A program made the translations under genes and the position numbers. From Escherichia coli (GTDB lineage: Bacteria > Pseudomonadota > Gammaproteobacteria > Enterobacterales > Enterobacteriaceae), in assembly GCF_044324875.1 (NCBI RefSeq), contig NZ_CP172185.1: a DNA stretch of 64,000 bases. One strand, written 5' to 3'. Shown here piece by piece: positions 1-10,740 of this stretch. Each line of letters begins with the position of its first letter. Within the stretch, counting starts at the first letter, position 1. The notes below the pieces were generated by a model that saw only the letters and a program-made list of their open reading frames with translations, was not told the origin of the DNA and made no database searches.

Positions 1-358
1 CTAATGTATTAACAATAAAAGAGGTGAGATCCTGCATACGCGCGGCAACCTTTTCGGCACGTGATGCCCATTCAGGCTCATCCGCCAGATACGTTGGGTA
101 ACTTTTTACGGCATAGGTACAGGAGCCAGCCGGTGAAATAATGGGATCGTCGTTATCCTCCAGTGCGGCGATCAGATTTTTCATCCCTGGAATCGCTTCT
201 TTGATATAACCACTATTGATCGCAGGCTGACCGCAGCATCCCTGTTTCTCCGGGAAATTTACGCGACAGCCGAGTTTTTCCAGTAGCAGCACGGAGTCTC
301 GTGCCATTCTTGATTTCAGGGCGTCACCAATACAGGTGACAAAGAAATTGACATTCAC
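1..358 (-). CDS. ykgE: Cys-rich LutA-like oxidoreductase subunit YkgE, 5' portion only (GTG start at 358; gene runs off the window start)
   Basis: Minus-strand translation VNVNFFVTCIGDALKSRMARDSVLLLEKLGCRVNFPEKQGCCGQP... matches YkgE N-terminus; not in ORF track because it is truncated by the window edge. Confidence 0.8.
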   Translation of the reverse strand, partial: MNVNFFVTCIGDALKSRMARDSVLLLEKLGCRVNFPEKQGCCGQPAINSGYIKEAIPGMKNLIAALEDNDDPIISPAGSCTYAVKSYPTYLADEPEWASRAEKVAARMQDLTSFIVNTL

Positions 359-875
359 AACTAATACTCCATTACTTCATGCCCATTTATGCCCGATGGT
401 TCCCCCCTTCCGGGGGATCAATCATCAATAAATATGGCGTTCTTTTTTAATTGGCTAGCAACATACCACCCCTCATTTGTATGACAAATGATAATCTTTG
501 ATCCAAACTTCAAATGCAATAACTAATTTTATTTCTTTCGGCATCGCTCACATTTTATAGGGAAATCGACGATCATTTTTGGCATAAGAAATCCATTTAA
601 AAAGGCTACATCCCTTATACCTATTCAGTGCTACTTATTCAGGGGTTATTGAGATATACACTGATGGTGTACAAACAAAATCACCAACAATAATTACGTA
701 TCAAGTAATAATCGGCATTTTATTTAATTGAAGCAATTTAGTTTGTATCTTTTATTTAATTACTAAGCCAGACCACTTCAAAAAAATATATAAAAAACTT
801 GGAAATAGAAATAGTTGAAAGGCTCACAACTCCCGGAATGCGGATTATCTTTGCCCTGATTTCTGGCGGTTTTAT

Positions 876-1730
876 TCAGGGTGCAAGCTGTCTGACCCTT
901 TCCCGATATTCTCCCGGGGTACAACCAAACTCGCGAACAAACGCCTTGTGAAAAGATGATTCACTGGCATAGCCTACTGACTCAGCGATCACCACAACAG
1001 GGAGCGTTTCCCGGGAAAACATCTGGGCCGCTATTTGTAGACGCAACTTTGTTAATACAGCCAGCGGCGTGGTTCCGGAAACATCACGGAAAAGCTGGGC
1101 AAAACTTGCCCGGGACATGTGGGCGATGCTGGCCAGCGATTCGACGGTCCAGGCGTGTCCTGGCATTTCCAGCATTTGCTGTATTACCGCACCAAGACGT
1201 GGATGCAGAAGCAAACTGAGAATGTTTTTCTCTGTATTAACCTGTGCAATCCACTCACGCACCGCGAGGATAAAGAATGTAGCGCAGATCTGGCTACACA
1301 GTGCATCCACTCCCGGCATTGCCGATCTGGATTCCTGTTGTAAAAACGGGATCGCCTCCCTCAGCCAGTTATATTCCACGCTATGGTTCACTGGTGCTAC
1401 AAACAGCGTTTCCGGCAAAGACGTTAAAAAATAACGCGCCGAATGTTGCAGCCGAAGAGTGCCACAGACAATATAGGTCGATTCATTATCGACATGACTC
1501 AGGCGATGAGCTGAATTTTGTGGTAGCAGGACCACATTTCCCGGGCGTAATGTAAAAATCTCTCCCGTCGGCATTTCCAGCTTCGCCGCTCCTTGCGTTA
1601 ACGCATGCCAACGAATAACCGACAATTCCCCGGCACCATGTGGAAGTTGCCAGTCACTTCCTAACACGCAATTCTTATCGATCGTTCCTTGTGGAGCGTT
1701 AAGCATCAACAAACGGCTAAGAGCATCCAT
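876..1730 (-). CDS. rclR: AraC-family redox-sensing regulator RclR (284 aa from MDALSRLL; the track ORF extends 17 codons further upstream)
   Basis: ORF 876..1781; C-terminal AraC HTH; divergent from rclA. Confidence 0.85.
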   Translation of the reverse strand: MDALSRLLMLNAPQGTIDKNCVLGSDWQLPHGAGELSVIRWHALTQGAAKLEMPTGEIFTLRPGNVVLLPQNSAHRLSHVDNESTYIVCGTLRLQHSARYFLTSLPETLFVAPVNHSVEYNWLREAIPFLQQESRSAMPGVDALCSQICATFFILAVREWIAQVNTEKNILSLLLHPRLGAVIQQMLEMPGHAWTVESLASIAHMSRASFAQLFRDVSGTTPLAVLTKLRLQIAAQMFSRETLPVVVIAESVGYASESSFHKAFVREFGCTPGEYRERVRQLAP

Positions 1731-1956
1731 ATCAGACTCCTGAGTGGTTTTTTGATTACAAACACCAACAATCTTAGTCAATAATTAATCTAATACCATC
1801 AAATAGTTAATCATGATTTTTGTTTTGTGATTCTGATTAAGAAAAAGAAAATACCAGACGATAAGACAAAATATCAAGCGTTGTGAAGAAATGTTATTTG
1901 CTCTTTTGCGTCTATAGTCATGATGTCAAATGAACGCGTTTCGACAGGAAATCATC

Positions 1957-3282
1957 ATGAATAAATATCAGGCAGTTATTATTGGTTTTGGCAAGGCTGG
2001 AAAAACATTAGCCGTCACGCTGGCAAAAGCAGGTTGGCGTGTGGCTCTCATCGAACAATCAAATGCAATGTATGGCGGGACCTGTATTAATATCGGCTGC
2101 ATCCCAACCAAAACATTGGTTCATGACGCACAGCAGCACACAGATTTTGTCCGTGCCATACAGCGTAAAAATGAAGTGGTTAATTTTTTACGTAATAAGA
2201 ATTTTCATAATCTTGCGGATATGCCCAATATCGACGTGATCGACGGCCAGGCGGAGTTTATCAATAATCATAGCCTGCGTGTTCATCGGCCTGAGGGAAA
2301 TCTGGAAATTCATGGCGAGAAAATTTTTATTAATACCGGTGCACAAACCGTGGTTCCGCCAATTCCTGGAATTACCACCACGCCAGGAGTATATGACAGC
2401 ACCGGATTACTTAATCTAAAAGAATTGCCTGGGCATTTAGGTATTTTGGGCGGCGGATATATTGGCGTTGAGTTCGCCTCTATGTTCGCTAATTTTGGCA
2501 GCAAGGTAACCATTTTAGAAGCAGCTTCGCTGTTTTTGCCTCGGGAAGATCGGGATATTGCTGATAATATCGCGACGATTTTACGCGATCAGGGCGTCGA
2601 TATAATCCTCAATGCCCATGTGGAGCGAATCAGTCACCATGAAAATCAAGTGCAAGTGCATAGCGAGCACGCCCAACTGGCGGTGGATGCACTGTTAATA
2701 GCTTCCGGTCGTCAACCGGCTACCGCTTCGTTACATCCAGAAAATGCCGGTATCGCAGTAAACGAGCGCGGGGCAATTGTCGTTGACAAGCTATTACATA
2801 CCACCGCAGACAATATTTGGGCGATGGGAGATGTTACCGGCGGGCTGCAATTTACTTATATTTCACTGGATGATTACCGCATTGTGCGTGATGAGTTGCT
2901 GGGAGAAGGCAGACGTAGTACTGATGATCGGAAAAATGTGCCTTATTCCGTATTCATGACACCGCCACTGTCCCGGGTTGGTATGACAGAAGAACAGGCC
3001 AGAGAGAGTGGTGCTGATATTCAGGTGGTGACATTGCCTGTAGCTGCAATTCCGCGTGCCAGAGTGATGAACGATACCCGTGGGGTATTAAAAGCGATTG
3101 TTGATAATAAAACCCAACGTATATTAGGGGCATCACTGCTGTGTGTTGACTCCCACGAGATGATCAATATAGTGAAAATGGTGATGGATGCCGGGCTGCC
3201 TTATAGCATATTACGCGATCAGATATTTACTCATCCGTCGATGAGCGAATCACTCAATGATCTATTTTCATTAGTCAAATAA
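1957..3282 (+). CDS. rclA: Pyridine nucleotide-disulfide oxidoreductase RclA (441 aa from MNKYQAVIIGFGKAG)
   Basis: FAD-binding GxGxxG at N-terminus, CxxxxC redox motif (GTCINIGCIPTK), dimerisation domain. Confidence 0.9.
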   Translation: MNKYQAVIIGFGKAGKTLAVTLAKAGWRVALIEQSNAMYGGTCINIGCIPTKTLVHDAQQHTDFVRAIQRKNEVVNFLRNKNFHNLADMPNIDVIDGQAEFINNHSLRVHRPEGNLEIHGEKIFINTGAQTVVPPIPGITTTPGVYDSTGLLNLKELPGHLGILGGGYIGVEFASMFANFGSKVTILEAASLFLPREDRDIADNIATILRDQGVDIILNAHVERISHHENQVQVHSEHAQLAVDALLIASGRQPATASLHPENAGIAVNERGAIVVDKLLHTTADNIWAMGDVTGGLQFTYISLDDYRIVRDELLGEGRRSTDDRKNVPYSVFMTPPLSRVGMTEEQARESGADIQVVTLPVAAIPRARVMNDTRGVLKAIVDNKTQRILGASLLCVDSHEMINIVKMVMDAGLPYSILRDQIFTHPSMSESLNDLFSLVK

Positions 3283-3390
3283 ACTCAAAATCAGACGCCA
3301 GAACAAATATTCTGGCGTCTCAGAGAAAAGAATCTTATTAATTCCCTGTTACTTTATAACTTCTTAATCACTTCATTGATGGTATTTTAT

Positions 3391-3627
3391 ATGTTTAAAA
3401 AATCTGTTTTATTTGCAACACTATTATCTGGCGTTATGGCATTTTCCACCAATGCAGATGATAAAATAATTCTGAAACATATCAGCGTCTCGTCAGTATC
3501 AGCATCACCGACAGTTCTTGAGGATGCCATTGCTGATATAGCCAGAAAATATAATGCTTCATCCTGGAAAGTCACATCGATGCGAATTGATAATAATTCA
3601 ACCGCAACAGCAGTATTGTATAAATAA
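3391..3627 (+). CDS. rclB: Small periplasmic DUF1471-type protein RclB (78 aa, signal peptide)
   Basis: ORF 3376..3627, start trimmed to MFKKSVLFATLLSGVMAFS; follows rclA. Confidence 0.8.
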   Translation: MFKKSVLFATLLSGVMAFSTNADDKIILKHISVSSVSASPTVLEDAIADIARKYNASSWKVTSMRIDNNSTATAVLYK

Positions 3628-3638
3628 GGATGTTCACA

Positions 3639-4232
3639 ATGGAAAAATACCTGCACCTGTTAAGTCGGGGAGATAAAATTGGCCTGACATTGATTCGTCT
3701 GAGTATTGCGATTGTTTTTATGTGGATTGGGTTATTAAAGTTTGTCCCTTACGAGGCAGACAGCATTACACCATTCGTCGCAAACAGTCCACTAATGTCG
3801 TTCTTTTATGAACACCCGGAAGACTATAAACAGTATCTGACTCACGAAGGCGAATACAAACCAGAAGCAAGGGCATGGCAAACGGCCAATAATACCTATG
3901 GTTTTTCCAACGGTCTTGGCGTCGTGGAGGTGATTATTGCTCTGCTGGTTTTGGCTAATCCTGTCAATCGCTGGTTAGGTTTATTGGGAGGGCTGATGGC
4001 ATTTACCACACCGTTGGTAACACTCTCATTTTTAATCACCACCCCGGAGGCATGGGTACCCGCATTGGGTGACGCTCATCATGGTTTCCCTTATTTATCC
4101 GGTGCTGGTCGCCTGGTATTGAAAGATACTCTGATGCTGGCAGGTGCTGTCATGATAATGGCAGATTCGGCGCGGGAAATTCTTAAACAACGCAGTAATG
4201 AATCCAGTTCAACGTTAAAAACTGAATATTGA
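3639..4232 (+). CDS. rclC: Inner-membrane protein RclC (197 aa)
   Basis: ORF 3630..4232, start trimmed to MEKYLHLL; hydrophobic segments. Confidence 0.8.
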   Translation: MEKYLHLLSRGDKIGLTLIRLSIAIVFMWIGLLKFVPYEADSITPFVANSPLMSFFYEHPEDYKQYLTHEGEYKPEARAWQTANNTYGFSNGLGVVEVIIALLVLANPVNRWLGLLGGLMAFTTPLVTLSFLITTPEAWVPALGDAHHGFPYLSGAGRLVLKDTLMLAGAVMIMADSAREILKQRSNESSSTLKTEY

Positions 4233-4265
4233 TAATCCGAACACTGTCTGTTGTTCACTTTTGCA

Positions 4266-4303
4266 GGCGTCAGGCCCCCTTTCTGATGATGAAGCCTGAC
4301 GCC
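4266..4303. terminator. Bidirectional hairpin between convergent rclC and the aldo-keto reductase gene
   Basis: Inverted repeat ggcgtcaggc ... gcctgacgcc. Confidence 0.5.
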
Positions 4304-4391
4304 ATATTACCGGAGATATGACAGAGTGAAGATCAATATCACTCCCCTGTTAAAAGATTCTTGTCGTCTCAGGTAAAATACATGATTAATA

Positions 4392-5276
4392 TCAATCATG
4401 TATTTTTACAGCAAGACAACCACGAACAAATTCAGGATTAAAATGTTTTACCGACTCCCCAACATAACCCAAATCAAGCGAACTAATTTGTGCCATTTCT
4501 TTCTCTGTCAGTGAGAAATCCCAGATAGCAAAATTTTCTTCGATACGCTGTTGATGTGTCGATTTCGGAATAACGACCACTCCCCGTTGAATATTCCAAC
4601 GCAGAATGACCTGAGAAATCGATTTTTGATGGGCATCTGCAATACTCTGAAGCAGATTATTTTCAAAGGGTTTATGTCGTCCACCACCTAACGGAGCCCA
4701 TGCTTCAGGCTGCACGTTATAATACTTCATGGTTGCCAGCGCCTCTGGTTGGGCAAAATAGGGATGCAACTCGACCTGGTTGACCATCGGTTTAACTCTT
4801 ACCGTTTCACAAAAGTTCGCCAGAACATGAGGATAGAAATTGGAAACCCCAATCGCTTTTAATTTGCCCTCTTCATAGGCATCTTCGAGTGCACGCCACG
4901 CACTGAAATAATCGCGCATGGCCTGGTGCAATAAAAAGAGATCGAAGTATTCTAGCCCCGATTTTTTTAATGATGCTTCAATACCTGCTGCTGCAATATC
5001 CTGATTCAACATATCCTGCACCCACAATTTAGACGTTATAAATAACTCTTCTCGGGTACATAAACCTTCAGATATGGCTTCACGAACGGCTTCACCGACG
5101 GCATCTTCATTACCGTATACCGCTGCAGTGTCGATGAGTCGATAACCCGTGCGGATAGCATTCAACACTGACTGTTTGCACACGTCTTTATCGGTAACCT
5201 GAAAAACACCAAATCCCATCATCGGCATTTTCAGATTGTTACTTAATACGGAAAATTCCACTGTCAGTCCCTCCAT
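4392..5276 (-). CDS. Aldo-keto reductase (294 aa; start uncertain)
   Basis: AKR signatures GFGVFQ, LIDTAAVYGNE, IGVSNF, VLRWNIQRGVVVIPKS; paralogous to the 11306..12157 product. Confidence 0.75.
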   Translation of the reverse strand: MEGLTVEFSVLSNNLKMPMMGFGVFQVTDKDVCKQSVLNAIRTGYRLIDTAAVYGNEDAVGEAVREAISEGLCTREELFITSKLWVQDMLNQDIAAAGIEASLKKSGLEYFDLFLLHQAMRDYFSAWRALEDAYEEGKLKAIGVSNFYPHVLANFCETVRVKPMVNQVELHPYFAQPEALATMKYYNVQPEAWAPLGGGRHKPFENNLLQSIADAHQKSISQVILRWNIQRGVVVIPKSTHQQRIEENFAIWDFSLTEKEMAQISSLDLGYVGESVKHFNPEFVRGCLAVKIHD

Positions 5277-5508
5277 TAGGTATGAACAATGAGTCTACGT
5301 TAAAACGTAACCTCAAATTAGTATGTGGATTTTGATATCACTTATGCAAAAAATTCATTAATAATGTAGGACTGAAACCTCTCTATTTTTGGGGCAATGA
5401 AGCAGACGCTATCAGTGCTTTTGCCTTGGGACTTGCTATTTTTGATACACTTAGGGCCCAGGACATAACGAAAATGTGCGATATGACAAAGAATTAACGG
5501 AGAATGTG

Positions 5509-6366
5509 ATGATCAGGCAGAAGATTCTACAGCAGCTCCTGGAGTGGATTGAGTGCAATCTTGAGCACCCTATTTCAATCGAAGATATCGCACAGAAATC
5601 TGGCTACAGCAGGCGCAACATCCAGCTTCTGTTCCGAAATTTCATGCATGTGCCTTTAGGAGAATACATTCGCAAACGAAGGCTTTGTCGTGCCGCCATT
5701 CTTGTCCGACTCACCGCGAAATCTATGCTTGATATTGCACTCTCTTTGCATTTTGACTCACAGCAGTCATTCAGCCGCGAATTTAAAAAGTTATTCGGCT
5801 GCTCTCCCCGTGAATACCGCCACCGTGATTATTGGAATCTCGCAAATATCTTCCCTTCTTTTTTAATACGTCAACAGCAAAAGACGGAGTGTAGATTAGT
5901 CAACTTTCCTGAGACACCTATTTTTGGCAATTCATTTAAATATGATATTGAAGTGTCGAATAAATCACCGGATGAAGAAGTCAAACTGTGACGTCATCAT
6001 TTAGCCAGATGTATGAAGAATTTTAAGACGGATATCTATTTCGTCTCCACGTTCGAACCGTCAACAAAATCGGTCGATTTGCTCACAGTTGAAACTTTTG
6101 CCGGTACGGTATGCAAACAAACCGATTCAGAGATGTCGAAAGAGTGGACAATTAACCGAGGACTGTATGCCTCTTTCCGCTATGAAGGTGAGTGGGAGCA
6201 CTACCCTGAATGGGCGCGAAACCTCTATCTGATGGAATTACCCGCCAGGGGGTTAGCCAGAGTGAACGGCAGTGATATTGAGCGGTTTTATTACAATGAA
6301 GATTTCGTAGAAAAGGATAGCAATGATGTTGTTTGCGAAATTTTTATCCCCGTTCGTCCGGTTTAG
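5509..6366 (+). pseudogene. ykgA: Rob-like AraC/GyrI-domain regulator YkgA with a single in-frame TGA at 5989..5991 (would be 285 aa if read through)
   Basis: Track ORFs 5476..5991 and 6013..6366 are in the same frame and separated only by one TGA; GGAGA ribosome-binding site before ATG 5509; GyrI-like domain spans the stop. Confidence 0.6.
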
Positions 6367-6420
6367 TTGTCGCTATATCTAAATGAAAATATAACGAGAC
6401 TACTGTCAGGCAATTCAATA

Positions 6421-6453
6421 AATAATGGCGTTGAAGATGTCAACGCCATTATT
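6421..6453. terminator. Hairpin downstream of eaeH
   Basis: aataatggcgttgaagatgtcaacgccattatt perfect inverted repeat. Confidence 0.5.
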
Positions 6454-6486
6454 GTTTATTAGAATGTTACTTTCATATTCTCAATA

Positions 6487-9400
6487 TTATTTCATCGCCT
6501 CCTCGCCCTTTGCCGTATCGGCATCCACCGCGGTAATGGTCACCGTCACTGGCTTCATTTCGTACCCGCCATACGTCAGGGCGTTAAATGTAAACGTATA
6601 GACACCTGGCTTGTTGGTACTAAATGTACGCGTGATTTTTCCGCTCACGAAATGGTCATTTTTCGACGGCAGGAATTGATAATCCTTCTCCGTCACTCCT
6701 TCCGGCGTCTGAATGTCGACCCACACATTCCCCCCAACAGGGTTATTTGCCGAGAACAGGGTCACCTCCAGCTTCGCAGTCGATTTCCCATCCGCCACCA
6801 GCGATTGCACATCAGATGATGCGGCGAGCACCGCGTTTTTATCATCCGCGACGAATTTAGATTCAGCAGTTTTCGTCGATTCCTGACCGTTGGCCTGTTC
6901 CACTTTCGCCGTGAGTGTATATTTCGCTGCGACAGTGGTCGTGGCGGTGAAAATAGCCTGCCCTTGCTCATTAGTTTTCGCCGTCCCATCGGGATCCAGA
7001 GCTAAATTTGCCGGGCTGGCAGTCAGCGTCACCTCGCTATCTTTCAACAGGTTGTTATTGGCATCAGTCACCGTAACTTTATACGTCTGTTTGGCTTTGC
7101 CATCCGCCAGTGCATAGTTGCCAATCACCTCAATACCGGAGACGGTTGCGGTCGCCTTATCGGCCACAAACGTTATAGTCTGCGCATCCGAAGGCTGGTC
7201 ATTTCCTGCCGACGCCGTGATCTCATAGGTTCCGGCAGTCACGGAAACCACCTGCAACTCTGCTTTCCCCTCATCGTTGGCTTTCACCCAGACATTATCG
7301 CCAGTAAGCGGCTTGACACCTCGGGGCAGATTAAAGGTCACCAGAGTGCCTGGAACAGGGTTACCGTTTTTATCCTCAACGGTCGCCGTCAGCGTAAAGG
7401 CATCTTTGCCGTTTGCCACTTTTTGAGCAGCGGCGTCTACCTCCAGGCTCGCCTGACCGGTGCTGGCATCCGCGTTGAATTTCACCGTGACCGTCTTCTG
7501 AGAGTTTTTCACCGCGGCCTCGATCTCAAGTTCCCCGGCAACCGTTGACATCAGCTCAATGTCAGCTTTACCTGCCGTATTGGTTGTTACCGTATTCCCC
7601 GTCTTGCTGGTCACACCCTGCGGTAAAGTCAGCGTAACTTCTTGCCCCTGCAACGGGTTACCATAGCTGTCCACGACGGTCAGGGTTATCTGGTTAGCAG
7701 ACTGTCCATTTGCCAGTTGGTTATTCACCTTCACCGCCATATCACTGATCACTGCCCGGGAAGCGTCGCCTGCAACATTCAGCACCAGTGGCTGAGCAAC
7801 GGCATTTAGGCCGTTCACGCGTGGCATCACAGACAACTGACCCGCGGCAGATCCCAGCGTTAAGGTCGACACGTAGACCCCATTACCTTTCTCTGTCCAG
7901 TTTCCTGCTGAAGGACGCTCACTCCCCGTGCTGGCGGCACCGCTAAACACTGGTGCATCTGGCTTCAGCCCGGTGACCGGGTTCCCGTACGCATCCTTCA
8001 CGGTGAAGGTGAGTTCCGTCGTCGTTTTAACCGTTGGAGTCTTATTGTCCGCAACAAGCGTAGAGTTAGCTGATGACATCTCTCCAGCGATGACCGTCAA
8101 CTGCGCGGCTTCGGTGGCTGCTGGCTGGCCGTTGAAGAGAGGCATGACGCGAAGCTCGCCCGTCTTTCCGCCTGTAGTCAACGTAGCAACATAGGAACCG
8201 TCACCTTTTTCGGTCCAACTGGAAACGGTCGCCCCTTCAGAGGCGGTCCCCGTCAAACTTGCCGACAACGAAAGACCACTGATAGCGTTGCCATGTGCAT
8301 CTTTTGCAATAAGCGTCACGGTTGTGCTTTCGCCGGCTTTTACGTGATCTTCTGCGACGGAGACTTTCGACTGGTTTGAAGATAACGCATCAGCCACCAC
8401 GGTTACTTTTGCCGCATTTGCTGCCGCATCCTGTCCATTTAGCTTCGGCATAACTTCTAATTCACCCGCCGTAGAGCCGAGAGTAATCTGCGCAGTCCAC
8501 GTCCCATCACCATTATTTGTCCAGCCCGATGCCGTAGAACCTACAGCAGCGGCACCCGCTAATGACGGCGCTTCCGGCGTGAGGCTGGTCACTGGGTTGT
8601 CATAGGCATCTTTTGCCGTCCAGATTGCCGTAACTGTACCGCCAACCACCGGTTTATCAGGATTCAGTGTGATGGACGAATGTGCTGCATCAAGCGGCCC
8701 GGCAACAAACTTCAGCGTTTGTTGTAATGTGCCCAGCTGATACTGCTCGCTGAAAGCACGCACAACAACGTTTCCGGCACGGGTCGAAGAAACCGTGGCG
8801 CTGTAAACGCCTGGTTTTATTTCCGAAATGGCACCAACGGTTACACCATTAGTGTCTTGCGGAACAAATCGCAAGCGGCTGGCTTCTCCCGTCACCGGAT
8901 TACCCTCGGAGTCCACCGCAGTCAACGTCAACGTATAGGCTTGCTGACCATCAGCAACCACGTCACCTGACGGCTCGTTAGCGCTCAGGGTGGAGTTTGC
9001 CACATCCATCATCGTGGCCCGCAGTTCTGCAGTGACGGTTTTGCTCATGCCATCAACGCTAACAGTAATCGTTGCCTCACCTGACTGCGTTCCGGTAGTA
9101 AAGACAGACTGATACACCCCTGCTTCAGTTTCGGTGAACTCACCCAGTGTTGGCTTTGCCTGTGATTTAGTGGCCTTCAGGGAACGAGTCACAATATTTC
9201 CAGCCGGTTTGAAAGTTAGTTCAGTCTTGATCTGATCTTTCATGCCCGTGACTGGCTGGCCCTCGGCGTCGCGCAGAGACAGCACCAGCGGCTTTTGCTC
9301 ATTACCGTTAGCAAGCATTTGAATACGGCTCTGACCGTCAAGCGTTAACGCCGTACGATCGGCGCTCATACCAGCTCCGGTAATAACCACTTCTGTCTGC

Positions 9401-10740
9401 ACACGTTTCGAGGCATTGCCTTTGTTATCGTAGGCAACTGCTGAAATCGCATAATAATTGTCTTTGCCTGGACGGTAAGCCGGGAGCGTCACTTGCCACT
9501 GATTGCCCTGTCCCGTAATTTTTCCGCCAGCGGCCAGCAAAGACGGCGCTTCCCATTGCACATTTTTCAGACCGTGAGTTGCTTTGCTGACCACAAGCCC
9601 CAGGGAAACCGTCTGGCCGCCCTTGCCTTCAATACGCTCAGGCAGAGCAATACGAATCACTTCAGATTTGCGGTACTCAAGAACGATGTTGTTATTACGC
9701 TCAACCAGGTCATAGCGGCTGCCTGCCAGCATTCGACGCTCGCGAATACTGTCTGTATCGAGTTGTTTTTCCAGAGGTTCGCCAATCCGATAATTAACTT
9801 CCAGGCCAAAGCGAGTGTCATTCTCACCACTCTTGCCCTGCTTATGCCCAGCACTCAGGGTCAGAAGAGGCACTGGCGTGTAATTCACTTCAGCGGTAAT
9901 CGCATGTGGATCTTTCTGGCGTTTATCTTTACCAAACAGCCCGACTTCATCGCCATAATACTGTTCATACATCAGGCTTGCGCCAAGCTGCGGCCAGGCA
10001 GGTAAATAGCCCTCAGCACGAATATCCCAGCCATTCGCCGGGCGTTCCTGATAATCCTCAACATCCGGCGATTTTTTCCAGCCAGAAGCCCGGATATAAC
10101 CATTGGCGCTCAGTTTCAAATAATCACGCCAGTATTCCGCACCAACACCAATGCGGGTATGACTACGGGATAAATCATGGTCGATAAAGGTGTTCACCCC
10201 CGCCATCCAGTCATTTCCTGAAAAATGACGCCAGCCAAAACCAATATTTGACTGAGTACGATCGTCGGTACGATGTATTGCCCCCTGAGTGAACAACATA
10301 TTTGTCGGCGTATCATAAATCGGATAAAGCATTTCCAGCGAAGAGTCCTTCAGCGAGAATTCTTTATCGACATTCAGTTTGACGCGCGCAGTACCATATT
10401 TCCCGAGCCACTCCTGTATTTCCTGGTTAGCTTTAGCTGTGGCCATTCCGGTAATAAAGTTACGTGTCGCATCGCTATCTGGCTGACTGCTTAAAAATGT
10501 CCCGGCATTTGCGGCAAACGACGCGACATTTTTCTCCACATTATTATCAGCAGCTACTGTGGTATTTTCCATGCTCAAACGTGGCTGAACTGCATGCTGC
10601 GCGCGTGCTGCCATTACTGGGGTAAAGGTGACAGCGAGTGGGAAAAGAACCTGAACAGAGATATTTGCCCACGCCACGCAGCGGGCCAGAACTGAATAAC
10701 GAAATCGTGGTTGTTTATGACCTGTTTTATAACGTGACAT
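6487..10740 (-). CDS. eaeH: Intimin/invasin-family outer-membrane adhesin, full length (1417 aa)
   Basis: N-terminal signal peptide, beta-barrel region, long run of Ig-like repeats rich in TLT/VTA motifs; one uninterrupted ORF. Confidence 0.85.
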   Translation of the reverse strand: MSRYKTGHKQPRFRYSVLARCVAWANISVQVLFPLAVTFTPVMAARAQHAVQPRLSMENTTVAADNNVEKNVASFAANAGTFLSSQPDSDATRNFITGMATAKANQEIQEWLGKYGTARVKLNVDKEFSLKDSSLEMLYPIYDTPTNMLFTQGAIHRTDDRTQSNIGFGWRHFSGNDWMAGVNTFIDHDLSRSHTRIGVGAEYWRDYLKLSANGYIRASGWKKSPDVEDYQERPANGWDIRAEGYLPAWPQLGASLMYEQYYGDEVGLFGKDKRQKDPHAITAEVNYTPVPLLTLSAGHKQGKSGENDTRFGLEVNYRIGEPLEKQLDTDSIRERRMLAGSRYDLVERNNNIVLEYRKSEVIRIALPERIEGKGGQTVSLGLVVSKATHGLKNVQWEAPSLLAAGGKITGQGNQWQVTLPAYRPGKDNYYAISAVAYDNKGNASKRVQTEVVITGAGMSADRTALTLDGQSRIQMLANGNEQKPLVLSLRDAEGQPVTGMKDQIKTELTFKPAGNIVTRSLKATKSQAKPTLGEFTETEAGVYQSVFTTGTQSGEATITVSVDGMSKTVTAELRATMMDVANSTLSANEPSGDVVADGQQAYTLTLTAVDSEGNPVTGEASRLRFVPQDTNGVTVGAISEIKPGVYSATVSSTRAGNVVVRAFSEQYQLGTLQQTLKFVAGPLDAAHSSITLNPDKPVVGGTVTAIWTAKDAYDNPVTSLTPEAPSLAGAAAVGSTASGWTNNGDGTWTAQITLGSTAGELEVMPKLNGQDAAANAAKVTVVADALSSNQSKVSVAEDHVKAGESTTVTLIAKDAHGNAISGLSLSASLTGTASEGATVSSWTEKGDGSYVATLTTGGKTGELRVMPLFNGQPAATEAAQLTVIAGEMSSANSTLVADNKTPTVKTTTELTFTVKDAYGNPVTGLKPDAPVFSGAASTGSERPSAGNWTEKGNGVYVSTLTLGSAAGQLSVMPRVNGLNAVAQPLVLNVAGDASRAVISDMAVKVNNQLANGQSANQITLTVVDSYGNPLQGQEVTLTLPQGVTSKTGNTVTTNTAGKADIELMSTVAGELEIEAAVKNSQKTVTVKFNADASTGQASLEVDAAAQKVANGKDAFTLTATVEDKNGNPVPGTLVTFNLPRGVKPLTGDNVWVKANDEGKAELQVVSVTAGTYEITASAGNDQPSDAQTITFVADKATATVSGIEVIGNYALADGKAKQTYKVTVTDANNNLLKDSEVTLTASPANLALDPDGTAKTNEQGQAIFTATTTVAAKYTLTAKVEQANGQESTKTAESKFVADDKNAVLAASSDVQSLVADGKSTAKLEVTLFSANNPVGGNVWVDIQTPEGVTEKDYQFLPSKNDHFVSGKITRTFSTNKPGVYTFTFNALTYGGYEMKPVTVTITAVDADTAKGEEAMK

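Noticed and set aside
5989-5991. TGA in ykgA as a possible selenocysteine codon
   Set aside because: No stem-loop resembling a SECIS element was seen just downstream, and the protein family is not a selenoprotein family; nonsense mutation is more parsimonious
9493-10187. 170-aa and 93-aa plus-strand ORFs
   Set aside because: Antisense to eaeH; the same applies to other short ORFs listed inside eaeH, ecpC, paoC and the IS21-family element
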